Source: the human T2T-CHM13v2.0 reference genome, Homo sapiens
Assembly (NCBI RefSeq): GCF_009914755.1
Contig: NC_060925.1
Reading direction: 5' to 3' (one strand)
Length of the DNA: 64,000 nt
A program made the translations under genes and the position numbers. The notes under the pieces are model-generated. The model did no database searches and was not told the origin of the DNA. It saw only the letters and a list, made by a program, of their open reading frames with translations. Shown here one piece after another: positions 18,129-32,703 of this stretch. Numbering within the stretch: the first letter of the stretch is position 1; each line of letters starts with the position of its first letter.

Positions 18129-19311
18129 CATTGTTTAGGAAAATCAGGCAGTTGCATAATGCTAAAAATCCCAGAATAAATATTTTTCTCAGTGGAAAAA
18201 CCCAGCAGTCTTTAAAGGTAAGCCAAGGAACACCATGGTGCCATGACTAAAAAAAAAAAAAAAAAAACCAATGGAAAGATGTCCTTATCCTCGGTTGAAA
18301 ATATTCCAAGGAACTTGCTAGTATTTAGAAATGGTCTTATTTCCTCTTAAGTAGTTTTTCTATTACCACAGTAGGTTTGAGAAATACTTCTCTTAGAAAT
18401 CACTTTCCCTAATGCCCAGTTAGCCATTACTACCTTATTTCACTGAACAACAGAATGATTCCTTATAAAGCACTATAATTCTAATTCCATATCAAATATT
18501 CCACAGAGAGCAGAGACATTTATAGAAAAGATTTCCATGTACATAAATACCAACTGCATGTGCAAACCTTGGGGTTACAAAGGGATCCTCAAGAGAAAAT
18601 TATTTTATTTTTATTTTGATGGATACAAAACATTTCAACACATGACATCCTAATATTCTAAGTATGCATGTAAAATTTGTCTAACTTGTTCTGTGAAAAT
18701 GCTAAAAAGTAGCAGATGATGACTTATGATCTGGTAGTTAATTGCTTGCTAACGGCAACATTAGTTACCATTCAACTTCATGGCCCTAGGAGGTATGTTG
18801 CAACAGTATTTAACATTACTGTAATCCATTTGTTTCTTTCAAAGTGCAATGAGCTTTCTGTACCAGTCGTACATAAAGGGACAGAATCTGTTCTATGGCT
18901 CAGAATCTGTTTTTATAAACAATGGTTCCCAATTAGAGTAACTTAGGAAGAGGAGCTAGAATATGCAGGTTTTGTTGTCTAATTCATACTCAGATTTTCC
19001 CTTCCCTTGACTGTCTTCAACCTCTCCATATTTACTAGGTCCTTCTGATGAGCATTTAAATGTCAGGATTCTCACATTTAAAAATAACTTTCTACTTTAA
19101 ATTTATTCTCTGGTCATTGCCCTATTTTCTCCTTCAGAACCAAACGTCTCCATTGAGTGGTTTGAATATCCTGATTTTCTCACTGTCCACTCTCTCTCCT
19201 CAGGAACGTCAATCCTATTCCTGCCCCCAACCTGACAAGATTCTTTGCTAAAGTTACTGATGACCTCCACTTACTAAAATACATGATCATAATTTCATTT
19301 TATTAGATCTG

Positions 19312-19790
19312 CATATTAGTCAGAGTTCTTACTTGCAAATACCAGAAACTAATACTGGATAATAAAGGCAGAACAGACATTGAAAACACATTTGGTAGCT
19401 CATATAATCACAGATAAACCTGGAGAATCAGGTTTGGAAAATGAGCAGAATTAAAGTGATGTCAGGAAGCCAGAATTTGAACACTACAGCGTGTACTACA
19501 TCTGCTGTTGGACATTGAACACTATTACTGATGCAACCGTCATCCCTGGAAACTGGGAGCTGTTGATGTTACTGCCACTGCCACCACAACAGACTCTCCA
19601 CTGTCCCCGCCTCTGTGTATCACTAAATCCCCATTTGAAGATGAATATAACTAATTGATCAGGCCTAGGTCAGAGCATGCATCCTTGTTTCAAGTGACAA
19701 GGAAGTAAAAGTTTGGAACTTCTGGCTACTGCAGTAAAAGCTGGCCTTTCACCAAAACTCAAAAAGAGGGATTTTTAAATTAAAAAAATG
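19312..19790 (-). mobile_element. Old MaLR LTR (MLT1-family), degraded
   Basis: Starts with atattagtcagagttcttacttgcaaataccagaaac, the reverse of an MLT1-type 3' end. Confidence 0.5.
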
Positions 19791-19899
19791 GGATAAAGAT
19801 GCTGAGTAGCAAAACAAACACAAAATGCATCTACAACATCAACACAAAAACCCCACAAAAAACAAAATTAATAAAACAAGTGTCCAACACAGTTTCTCG

Positions 19900-21330
19900 A
19901 GATTATTAGATATGTTGATGAGGTTCTCCTTTTTGAAATATTCTTTCTTAAGTCTCCATGACACCACATTCATTTTTTTCTTACCTATTATAATCACTCC
20001 TTTCAGTCTTTTTCCTCCTTTATCTGACTGTTAAATGTTAGAGTTCCTCACAGCTTGGTTCTGGACCTCCTTCCCACTGTTCAACAAAATTTGTGTTTGT
20101 TTTCTTTCATTTGCTCCCCAGATCCATTTACCACCCCTTCTCTATCTTGCAACTTGTCCTGCGAATCTGACTTTCAATGCACTGCATCGCTGGGGTTCTC
20201 TTGACCTCTGGCTTCCAGTTGGGGTTGGCCAGTGTGATGCACCACTAGGATATTGAAAAGTGAGAGGAGAGAAAGGTAATATATTTATTTCTCCCATTTC
20301 CTTCTGTCTTTGGCATTCCATAAGTGGTTGGGTTATTCTCAACTATAGCTCCTGTCAGATGCCTCTTTCCAGCAGTTCCTGATCTCAACTTGATTCTAGT
20401 AACATCATTTCTTCCCTTTACCATTTCAGGTCTAAGGACAGTAATGGCTTCCTACTGTTGACAGTCTCTGGGTTTCCCAGCACTCTTTGTTGACTTTTTT
20501 AACCCTTTCTACATTTCTGTAGGTAGTTTCCTCAAAATTCCAATTGAGCATTCCATCTGCTTCCTAACAGGACTCTGACTAAAGCATGCATGTGCTGATG
20601 ACTCACAAATTCATATTTGACCTCCTCTCTCAGCTCTAGCTGAGGATATTTAATTGCTAACTTAATATCTCCACTTGAATGTCATAATCTTGCTCACAAA
20701 ATTTAGGCCTCCTATAATATTTGCTTTTTCAGTGACGGGCAGACATCACAAGGTATTAAGTTGGAAACTTGTGCAAGTTAGAAATTTGGAAGTTACCCTT
20801 GATATCTCTCTCTCTCCCTCATGTCTCCCAATCAAATATCAAGTCCTACTAAAGCCACCTCCTAAATAGTACCTAAATCCATCCACTTCTTTCCATTTAC
20901 ACTTCACCAGTCTAGTTCAAACCGTGAACACCTATAGCCTGGAGTACTGCAAAAGTAGTCTTATTAGTCTTCTGCATCTTGTCTTGTCCCCTTCCAATCC
21001 ATTTACTATACTGAAGCCAGAGGGAATCCATTAAAAATGTAAAATTGAATTGGATAATGTCTCTCCTGAGCTTAAACCTCAATGAGGTCTACTCTCTTTA
21101 GATAATGCTCAATTACCTTAATACGTCCTTCAATAGCCTCCATGATGTGGTCATTGTATACCTCAACAGCATCAAACCATATCACTCTACACCTTGCTCA
21201 CCAAACTTTAGCCGTACTGGTCTTTTTTTGATTCTTTAAGCACATCCAGTTCTTCCTAACTTTGCATATGCTGTGGTCTCTGCCTAGAATGTTTCTTTCC
21301 TGCTTTCTCCACCTATAATTATTATTATTC
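19900..21330 (+). mobile_element. L2 fragments interrupted by an LTR33-like ERVL LTR (~20080-20585)
   Basis: L2 motifs (tgtgctgatgactcacaaatt, gcctggagtactgcaa); LTR33 motifs (ccagatccatt..., ctctggcttccagttggggttggcca). Confidence 0.65.
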
Positions 21331-21439
21331 CCAATTTACAAACTCCAGTTATCTTTTGGTATCATCTCTCTCCTCCTCCCCACTCATATAATATATGAAT
21401 TTATATATGTAGATAAGATATTTATCTCTATATACCTAT

Positions 21440-22780
<1,341 letters not shown>

Positions 22781-23316
22781 GTCATATAAATATGAGAAGG
22801 TAATACATATATCTGTGGGCATATAAGACATCAGAATGTTTGCCTCACAAAGACCTACATTAAAAATAATTTTTGGAGAAAGCATTGAAATAATAATAGA
22901 AAAAATTCAGGAGATTCTGCAAAGAATATTGAAAGTATTGGTTATCAAATAGCTTAATTAAGTTTACTATTTAAAAAGGAGTCTAGAAATAACAGAAATA
23001 AAAGGAGAAAGTAAATGAATAAAGACTAAAAGTGAAAAATTGAGGCAAAATACAAAAATGATGAAGGAGAGGAGTGGTCTATAAAAACAAAGGGATATGA
23101 GAATATGTGAAAGTGTTTTGTTAGAGGGAAGATACAGGTAGTGATACGTTCAACAAATCAATAGATTTAAATAAATACACACTTGGTTATTATGTTCAGC
23201 AGAACTGCACAAGAGGAACAACAAAAGAAGTAATTTTTAAGCCAGCAGAAGAAACTTTAGTCATCCAATGGAAATGAGGAAAGAAGGAGAAATAAACCCC
23301 AAAAGGATAGTACAGG

Positions 23317-23674
23317 TGCATTAGTCCATTTTCACGCTGCTGATAAACACACCTGAGACTGGGCAATTTACAAAAGAAAGAGGTTTATTACAGTTCCACA
23401 TGGCTGGGGAGGCCTCACAATTATGGTGGAAGGCAAGGAGGAGCAAGTCACACCTTGCATGGATGGCAGCAGGCAAAAAGAGAGCTTGTGCAGGGCAACT
23501 CCCGTTTTTAAAGCCATCAGATCTCATGAGACCCATTCACTATCACGAGAACAGCATGAGAAAGACCCACTCCCACAATTCAGTCATCTCCCACCAGGTC
23601 CCTCCAACAACATGTGGGAATTATGGAAGCTACAAGATGAGATTTGGGTGGGAACACAGAGCCAAACCATATCA
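23317..23674 (-). mobile_element. THE1 (THE1B-like) solo LTR
   Basis: tg...ccaaaccatatca ends; 5-bp TSD acagg at 23312-23316 and 23675-23679. Confidence 0.92.
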
Positions 23675-23714
23675 ACAGGGCAAAGGAAATACAGATTTCA
23701 GATGGCAAATACTC

Positions 23715-23998
23715 TTTTTTTTTTTTTTAGGATTTTGTTTTGTCACCCAGTCTGGAGTGCAGTGGCATGATGATACTTCACTGTAGCCTCTAACTCCTCA
23801 TATCAAGCAATCCTACTTCTTCAATCTCTTGAGTAGCTATAGGCACATGCTACAACACCCAGACAATTTTTAAATTTTCTGTAGAGACAGGGTCTTGCTA
23901 TATCGCCCAGGTTGGTGTTGAAGTCCTGGCCTCAAGAGGTCCTCTTGCCTTGGTCTCCCAAAGAGCTGGGGATTACAGGCATGAGCCACTGCACCTGG
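23715..23998 (-). mobile_element. AluJ-like, diverged
   Basis: Reverse Alu with poly-T. Confidence 0.85.
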
Positions 23999-24652
23999 GT
24001 GGCAAATATTCTTAATGAAGAAATTTTAGATGTATTCCCTGTAACATCTGGAGCAGTAGAAGAATTTCTACGATTGCTGCTATTGTTTAAAATAATATTC
24101 AAGGTCACTTGCATGGAAAGTGAAATGGAAAGAAAGAAATACATGGAAAGAAAAATAAATGAATCTAAGGAAAGAGATAATGTAAGGAAGGAAATAAATC
24201 TGCCATTATTTGAAGATGATATTATCTACCTAAAAGCCCAATAGAATCACAACAGCAAATTATTTGAAATAAAAAATTCAGCCATATTAGACTATAACTG
24301 ATACAAATCAGTAGTGCTTATTTAAATCAGTAATAACTACCTAGTAAATAGAATAAAAATAAGAATATAAAAAGCCTTTACTGAGTGGCAATATTGCAGA
24401 TTTATAAAGACAAAAAATATGGAGTTTTAGACTGCCTTTGTCGTTATGTGACTGTAGAAATTACTTAATTTCTCAGTGCCTCAATTTCTGCATCTACAAA
24501 ATAAGAAATATAATTATGCCTACCTCATGGGGTTGTAAGGATTAAATTTGTTAATACATTAAAACACTTATGGTACGTGGGCAAGTTCTAAGCATTGTAT
24601 GAATTTTGCCATGACTATTATGAAGAAATTCTATTAGAAAATGATAGAAATA

Positions 24653-24981
<329 letters not shown>

Positions 24982-25245
24982 TTATATTAAACAACTAAAA
25001 TGATAAGATACAAATTTTCTCCAACTAAATCTATAAATTCAAGACAAATCTAATAACAATTCAACCTTTGTTTTATTTTTAGAGAAACTCAACAAACTGA
25101 ATCTCAAATTATGTGGAGGAATAAAAGTCTGTAACTAGCTAATCAACCTTAAGAAAAGAATTTAAATAAGGGAGACTTGCCCACTACATATAAGAACATA
25201 CTACAGAGCCATAGTAATAAGAATAATGTGATGATACAAATAGAC

Positions 25246-25556
25246 CAGAGGTCAGCCAATGTTTTCTGTAAAAGGGCCAGACAGTAACTCTGTTAGACTT
25301 TGCAGGCCATATGGTCTCTGTGTGAATTATTCAGTTCTGCTGTTGTAGTGCAAAAGCAGCCATATGTAAATAAATTACTGTGGCTGTGTTCCAATAAATT
25401 AATTTATGAATACCAAAATTCAAATTTCATATGTTTTTCACAAAACATTCTTCTTATTTCTACTTTCTACCACTAAAAAAATGTAAAAACCATTTTTAGC
25501 TCATGGGCCATACAAAAACAGGCTGATTTGTTCACCAATGTGGTTTGCTAATACTG
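25246..25556 (-). mobile_element. MER58B-like hAT MITE
   Basis: ttttctgtaaaagggccag...gtggctgtgttccaataaa...gggccatacaaaaacaggc. Confidence 0.82.
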
Positions 25557-27580
25557 GAATGGACTGCTGATATTGACTCATGCATAAATGAGAACTGTTA
25601 AACAAGTTGGCTGGATTTTATCTGTTTGCCTTTTGAGATCCAGTCTCCACCCTGCTCTACGACCCAGCAGGCTCCTTTACTCTAGCTGTTGGCCAGTGCC
25701 TTACCAAAGGGGTATGAATGGGAATGAAGTCCCCTGTAGTCACAAGGCAGATATGACTGAGAACCCAACCCACTGTAAGGCTTGCAGAATTTGCATATTA
25801 ATACATCTTCATCTTCAACTAGCCAGATTCTATGCTAAGATAAGAGCACTGGTGGAGAAAGAGAAGAACCCCAAGACAAGAAATGGGGACATTTGAACAG
25901 ACATGGGCAAGACTAAGAACTCTGAACCTCTAATCCTGCTTAACCTTCCTGGCTTGTGGAGGCAGCCCCTACTCAAGTGCCTGGGAACACCATTAATAGT
26001 CCAGTAGATTGGCAATTTGAAGCCTGGACTCAATTGTGGCCTACAGTCAATGAGGTTGAAATGCTATAACTTCCCTCACAATAGAAAGGGGTTCAAAGGC
26101 CCAGGAAGATGAAAATGTGGAGATAACTCTATTATTGCAATCGAATCAGCTACCCTCTAACCACAGCCCCTGGAAGGGCTCAAAGAGCATTCTTTACCAC
26201 AGAGTTAAGAAACATCATTGGAAATAGGTTCTCTGATATAAATGGGAACACTGGAATCCCTGAGTGGTAGAATCCAGGTCATAGTGCTTTGCTATCAGAG
26301 AAAAGGTAGGAGCAATTATCACAATAAGCTACAATGATGGAGTGGAATCAGACTGTTTTGCACAGATCTGTGGTGATGGTTAATTGAACATAGGAGACAT
26401 AGGAATTGAATATACCATAGTGTACTAGAATATATTAATATACAGGTGGAAAAATTGTAGGTCTTATAGATATAAATCTTACTTAAGTCACTGTGCTTGG
26501 GATTCATGTACTCTCACTCAGTTCTCAGACTCAAGCCAGTTCCTAGATCAGAATCCCTTGATTGAGAAGGAGGTAGGTTCTCTTTGAGAAAAAACACTGC
26601 AATGTGGTCAGAGATGTATACTACTACTCCTCCCCTAAGTATTCTTGAGAGAGACCTATGGTCATTTACTAGGTGACTGAACACTGGGAAAAGACAAATT
26701 CCAAGTCTTTCTAGAGCTGTTAAGATACTAGTTATAACCTGATGATAATCCCTGGAAATAAACACTGTGGTCAGAGTGGAAGCTTACGAGGGTCAAGTGA
26801 TAAATGGAGTTTTCATCCAATTCCATTTCCAAGTGGGTCCAATAAAGACTGTGAGCTCAGTTTTTATTTTCTCCCCTCCAATCTCAGAGCATAGTGAAAC
26901 TTCCTAACTATAAAGGCTACTACTATGGTAAGATGGGAAGACACAAATGAATGTTCCTACAACTATCCCTTCCTGTCCCCTCCTCACCAATATAAATCTA
27001 ATGTAATAACACATCCTTGTGAAAAATTGTACATATTACTCCCATCCCTGTGGAAAATTGTACATATTATTGCCATAAAGGCCTGAAAGATACAGGGGTA
27101 GTGATTCCTACTATATTCCCTATCTGTTTTACTCATGTGTTTGGCTAGAGCAAACAACAAATAAACCTGAAGAAAGTGGTAGTGTATTACAAACTTAACG
27201 GGTTGGGGGATGATGCCAATTACAGCTGCAGGTTCTGATATGGTATCTTTACTAAACAATATAGCCACTGGCAACAACAGCTACTGACCTAGCAAAAATA
27301 TTTCCTATCCACATTCTTATCAGTAAAGATAATTGGAAGCAGTTTTCTTGCCTTCATGTGGCAGGAAAAGCAGTATCCCTTCCCTGTCTTAGCTCAGTGC
27401 TATGTCAACTCAATTTGCTTCTCTGTCATAAAACAGACTGAGCAGATATCTTTATATTCTGGATATCTCACAAAATATCATTCAGGTCCATTAAACTGGA
27501 CTTGGAGAGTAGAAAAGAACAAGCACCCTAAAGGTGTACCAGAGGATAGAATTTAAAATTTCAGGGGCTTGATAAATGGG

Positions 27581-28377
27581 TGTAATCACCCAATGGGTTC
27601 TCCCTGCCCGTTGCACAGACAAAAATAAATTCACTGAGACTGCAGCATTGCAGTAGAGTTTAATTGATGCAAGGCTGGCCCACATGGGAGAACTGGAGTT
27701 ATCATTCAAATCAGTCTCCCTGAAGGCTTAAAGGCTAGGGTTTTTATGGACAATTTGGTGGGCAGGCAGCTAAGGAATGAGTGCTGCTGATTGGTTGGGG
27801 ATGAAATCACAGGGGTGTGGAAAACTGTCCTTGTGTGCTGAGTCTCCCTCTGGATGGGGCCACAGGATCAGTTGAGTCATGATTCATGAGTCTGGTGGAG
27901 TCAGTCAGAAAGGTATCTCAAAAAACCCAATCTTATGTTCTACAATAGTGATGTTATCTATAGAAGCAACTGGGCAAGTCGCAAATCTTGTGACCTCTGG
28001 CCATATAACTCCTGAGCAGTAGGGATTATAGAAACTATACCTATCTTGTAATCTTGGCCACATGACTCCTGAGCAGCAAGGAATTAGAGAAACTAAACCT
28101 ACATGTTAGTAGAGTTCAGGTCTCTCCCATAATCCTATTCTTGTGGGCTTTAATTAGTCTTACAAGGCAGTTTTCATTCCCTGAGCAAGGAAGGGGTTAA
28201 TTTTAAGGTGGGACTATTGTCATTCTTGCTTTCAAGTTAAACTATAAACTAAATTCTTCCCAAAGTTAGCTTGGCCTTTGCCCAGGAATGATCAAGGACA
28301 ACTTGGAGGTCAGAAGTAAGATGGAGTCAATTATGTCAGATTTCTCTGACTGTCATAATTTTGAAAAGGCAGTTTCA
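27581..28377 (-). mobile_element. LTR8-family (LTR8A/B-like) ERV1 solo LTR
   Basis: tgtaatcacccaatgggttc...aaggcagtttca ends; 4-bp TSD tggg. Confidence 0.85.
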
Positions 28378-28886
28378 TGGGTGAAGTTCCAGGAATAATA
28401 GTTTGGGGGCACATCAGGATACCTCCTCCAAAGTAGAGATAAATTGTTGTACTTTGCACTGACTGACCATCACAATAAAAGGGGCACAGTTCTGGTGAGC
28501 CTCTGTGGACTTTGGAGTCAACTTATATCAGATTTGGGTGTTCTGCTCCAATCCATTTTCTTAGTAACCTGTAAGGTTGCTGTTTTTTTTGTTTTTATTA
28601 TGGAGATATATATATATACACACACACATATATATAGTATATAATATTATATATAGTATATAATATTATATATATATAATCATTTTAACCATTTTTAGGT
28701 ATGCATTTCAGTGGCATTAGTACATTTACATTATTGTACAACTGTCACTACCATTTATCTACAGAATTTTTATCTTCTTTAACTGAAACTCTATACTCAT
28801 TAAACAATAACTCTCCATTATCCCCTTCCACCAAACCCTGGCAGCCCCATTCTACTTTCCATCTCTCTGAATTTGATTATCCTAGG

Positions 28887-29875
28887 TGAGGAAGGAGGTC
28901 AGCAGCACTTGTTTTCCAAGAACTGGCTATGACCCTGCTGATCAAAACAGGATCTGGCTAAAATAGGGTGCAGTAAAGAAACTGACCAAATACAGCTAAA
29001 ACCAAAATGGTGAAAAAAGTGACCTCTAGTTGCCCTCAGTGCTCATTATACACTAAGTATAATATATTAGCATGCTAAAAGACACTCCCACCAGCACCAT
29101 GACAGTTTAAAAATGTCATGGCAATGGTTGGAAGTTACCCTATATGGTTTAAGAGGGAAGGGGAACCCTTCCTTGGTTCCTGGAATGCCCCATCCCTTTT
29201 CTAGAAAATTCACAAATAACCTGCCCCTTATTTAGCATATAATTAAGTAGTAGCTATAAATATAGCTAGCCAGCAGTCTATGAGGGCTACTCTGCCTATG
29301 GGGTAGCCCTGCTCTATCTATGGAGCAGCCATTTTCCTATACTCTGTTGCTCTGATAAACTTGCTTTGTGACATAGTTTGGATATTTGTCCCTGCCCAAA
29401 TCTCATGTTGAATTGTAATCCCCAGTGCAGGAGGTGGGGGCTGGGGGAGTTGTTTGGATCATGGGGGTGAGTCCCTCATGGCTTGGTGCTGTCTTTCTGA
29501 TAATGAGTTCTCACAAGATGTGGTTATTTAAATGTACATGGCAACACCCCCTCTACTCTCACTCTTTGTCTCTCTTGCTTGTTACTGCTTTCACCGTGTG
29601 ATGTGTCTGTCCCCACTTCACCTTCTAGTCTCCTTAAAAGCTGAATAGGTTCCAGCACCATGCTTCCTGTAAAGCCTGAAGAACTGTAAGCCAATTAAAC
29701 CTCTGTTCTTTATAAATCACCCAGTCTCAGGTATTTCTTTATAGCAATGCAAGAACACCCTAATACTCTTTGCCTTCACTTTACTCTGTCAGCTCCCTCC
29801 TGAATTATTTCTTGTCTTCCTGGAAGACAAGAACCCTCCCTGGCTGAGCCACAGTTTTGGGGTTTGCCAGTATCA
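28887..29875 (+). mobile_element. MER41-family (C/D/E-like) ERV1 solo LTR
   Basis: gacactcccaccagcaccatgacagttt...ggaagttaccctatatgg core; 4-bp TSD tagg at 28883-28886 and 29876-29879. Confidence 0.85.
29369..29767 (+). mobile_element. MST-family MaLR solo LTR nested in MER41
   Basis: tgacatagtttggatatttgtccc...ctaatact; 5-bp TSD ctttg at 29364-29368 and 29768-29772. Confidence 0.9.
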
Positions 29876-32247
29876 TAGGTCTTTCATATAAGTGAGATCA
29901 CAATATTCATCCTTTTGCGTCTGGTTTGTTACATTTAGCATAATGTCCTTCAAGTCTCATCCAGGTTATAGTGTGTCAGACTTTCATTCCTTTTTAAGGC
30001 TGAAAAACATTCCATTGTCAATTATTCCAATATATTCCAAAAATATTCCAATGTCACATTTTGTTTATTCATTCAATCACTGATAAACATTTGTGTTGTT
30101 TCTACTAACTATTATGCATAATGCTGCTACGAACATTGGTGTAAAAATACCTTTAATGATGAATACATTAATTTGCTTCACTCTAGTCATCTTTTTACTA
30201 TCTATATGTATCCCATAACTTCTTATTGTATATCTTAAATTTATACAATAAAATTTATTTAAAAAAATCTTTTACATTCCTGCCATCAGTTCTTTTGCAT
30301 ATATATATACCCAGAAGTGGACTTGCTGGATTATATGGTAATTCAATGTTTAATTTTCTGAGGAACTACCATACTGGTTTTTACAGTATTGTGTCATTTA
30401 CCTTCCCAACAGCAATGTGCTTGTGTTCTAATTTCTCCACCATCTTGCTAACACTTGTTATTTTCTGTTTTTGTTTGTTTGTTTATGTTTGTTTTATAAT
30501 AGCATCCTAACATGTGTGACGTGATATCTCATTTTGCTTTTGATTTGCATTTCCCTAATGGTAGTGATGTTATATATCCTTCCATGGGATTACTGGTCAT
30601 TTGTAAATCTTCTTTGGAGAAATGTCTATTCAAGTATTTTGCCAGGTTGCCAGTTTTGAGTGGACCCTGAAGTAAGAAAAGGCTCTGCAGCAGATTCAGG
30701 GTGTAAGTTACAATGCTATTAATATTTGGACCTCATGACTGAGAAACTCTAATTATATCAGAAGGCTCTGTAGCTGGTAGAGATGCCATATGAGCCCTTT
30801 GGTAATCTCCCATAAGAGAAACCCTGCTTATATCTGTAAGATTTTGGAGACAGGCCATGCCCTCTCTGTCAAATGCAATTTACCATTTGGAATACAGCTA
30901 TGAGCTTGCTCCGATTGAAACTGAATGACTGAACCTGGAATGTCAAATGGCTACGCTCTCTGTTCTCTGTTTTGCCCATTATGAACTCGGTAATAATCGA
31001 ATTCACTGAACCATAAAATTGAATGTATACCGCAGCACTCTATTCTTAAATCAAAATGGCATGTATTGAAACTGGGCCCTAGCACGTCTGGAAAGCACAG
31101 ACAAAATGTGTAAGCAAGCAATTCAGATTTCCATGACACCCGTTCCCATTGCTTTGACATTGCTCCTTCAGCTTTCCTAGAGAATTCCCTTTACCAGTTA
31201 ATGGAGGAGGAAAAACCTCAGGCCTGATTTTTGGATAGATCTGCATTGATTGTCAACATCAGCCAGAAGTGTACAGTTTCAGGCTGCATTAGAGCTTGAA
31301 AGATGTTAGTAAAGTGAACTCTTTCCAGTAGGTAGAACTTGAGGCAATACATATAGTTAGAAGGAGAGATGGCTTGAGATACGGATCTACATTAATTCAG
31401 AGAGCACTGGCTAAGAGTTTGGCCAGCTGGTCAGGCACTTGGAAATAATGGGTTTGAAAGGCTAATGATAAGAAGGTCCGAGGAAGATGAATTTAGATGA
31501 ACTTCTCAAAATGAAATCAATGTAGAGTTAATTATATTCCATGTAGATACTTAACAGACAGCATCCTCTATAGAGTAGGTTCTCAATAATCAGGTAAACA
31601 AGATGGACCTTTAGTGGATATCAGTCAACATTTTTCCATACTAATCATAGTGGTTGCTCAATGGGCCCACTAACACAAATCCAACAATATGGACTTTTCT
31701 TCACCAAGGTTGATCTGGCTACCACCCCTGGTGACTGCCAAACCTGCCAAACGTAGAGGCCAACATTGAGCTCCCAACAAGGCAATGCTCCCTGGGAGAT
31801 AAGTTGGAGCTATAATAGCTGCAATTGTTCTCACAGGGGTAGATACCTATTCTAGACATAGATTTGCTATTCTACCAAAAGTTCTTCTGGTAGTTAAAAT
31901 GTAGTTGATACACAGCACGAATTATATATCAGAAGAGAGAGAGCTGATATACCTATAGCAATATGAATGTATCTTTAAATCCCAGTGCTAAGTGAAAAAA
32001 AAAAGATGCATGGTCTAATATCATTTCCATAATTAAAGATATGCATAAAAACCTGTAGTATATTTTTGGGACAGCATACAGATAAGAATATACATTAAAA
32101 CATATAAAATAGTGGCTATTTTAGGGGGAGGGGAATGAGAGTGGGGATAAAAAGAAGTCAGCCTAAGAGTAGGTCCATGCAAAAACTGAAGGATGACAAT
32201 ATGCCATAAATTCATTAATATGATTATCCCAACAACTGTGTACCTAA

Positions 32248-32703
<456 letters not shown>

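Larger units (their letters stand above)
28582..30642 (-). mobile_element. L1MB-like 3' fragment inserted in the ERVL; contains MER41, MST and a short plus-strand L1M tail (~30155-30270)
   Basis: L1M 3'UTR text, flanked by aggttgc direct repeats. Confidence 0.75.
25600..31890 (+). mobile_element. Degraded ERVL-class provirus (LTR33-like start, gag/pol remnants), fragmented by younger insertions
   Basis: RT-like remnants 27080-27410 (KDTGVVIP..., PITAAGSDMVSLL..., ATDLAK..., AFMWQEKQYPFPVLAQCYVNS); integrase-like CQTCQT.RPTLS ~31735-31775. Confidence 0.8.

Noticed and set aside
28605-28680. AT-rich quasi-palindromic repeat as a cruciform element
   Set aside because: It is short and explained as the decayed tail of the L1M fragment.
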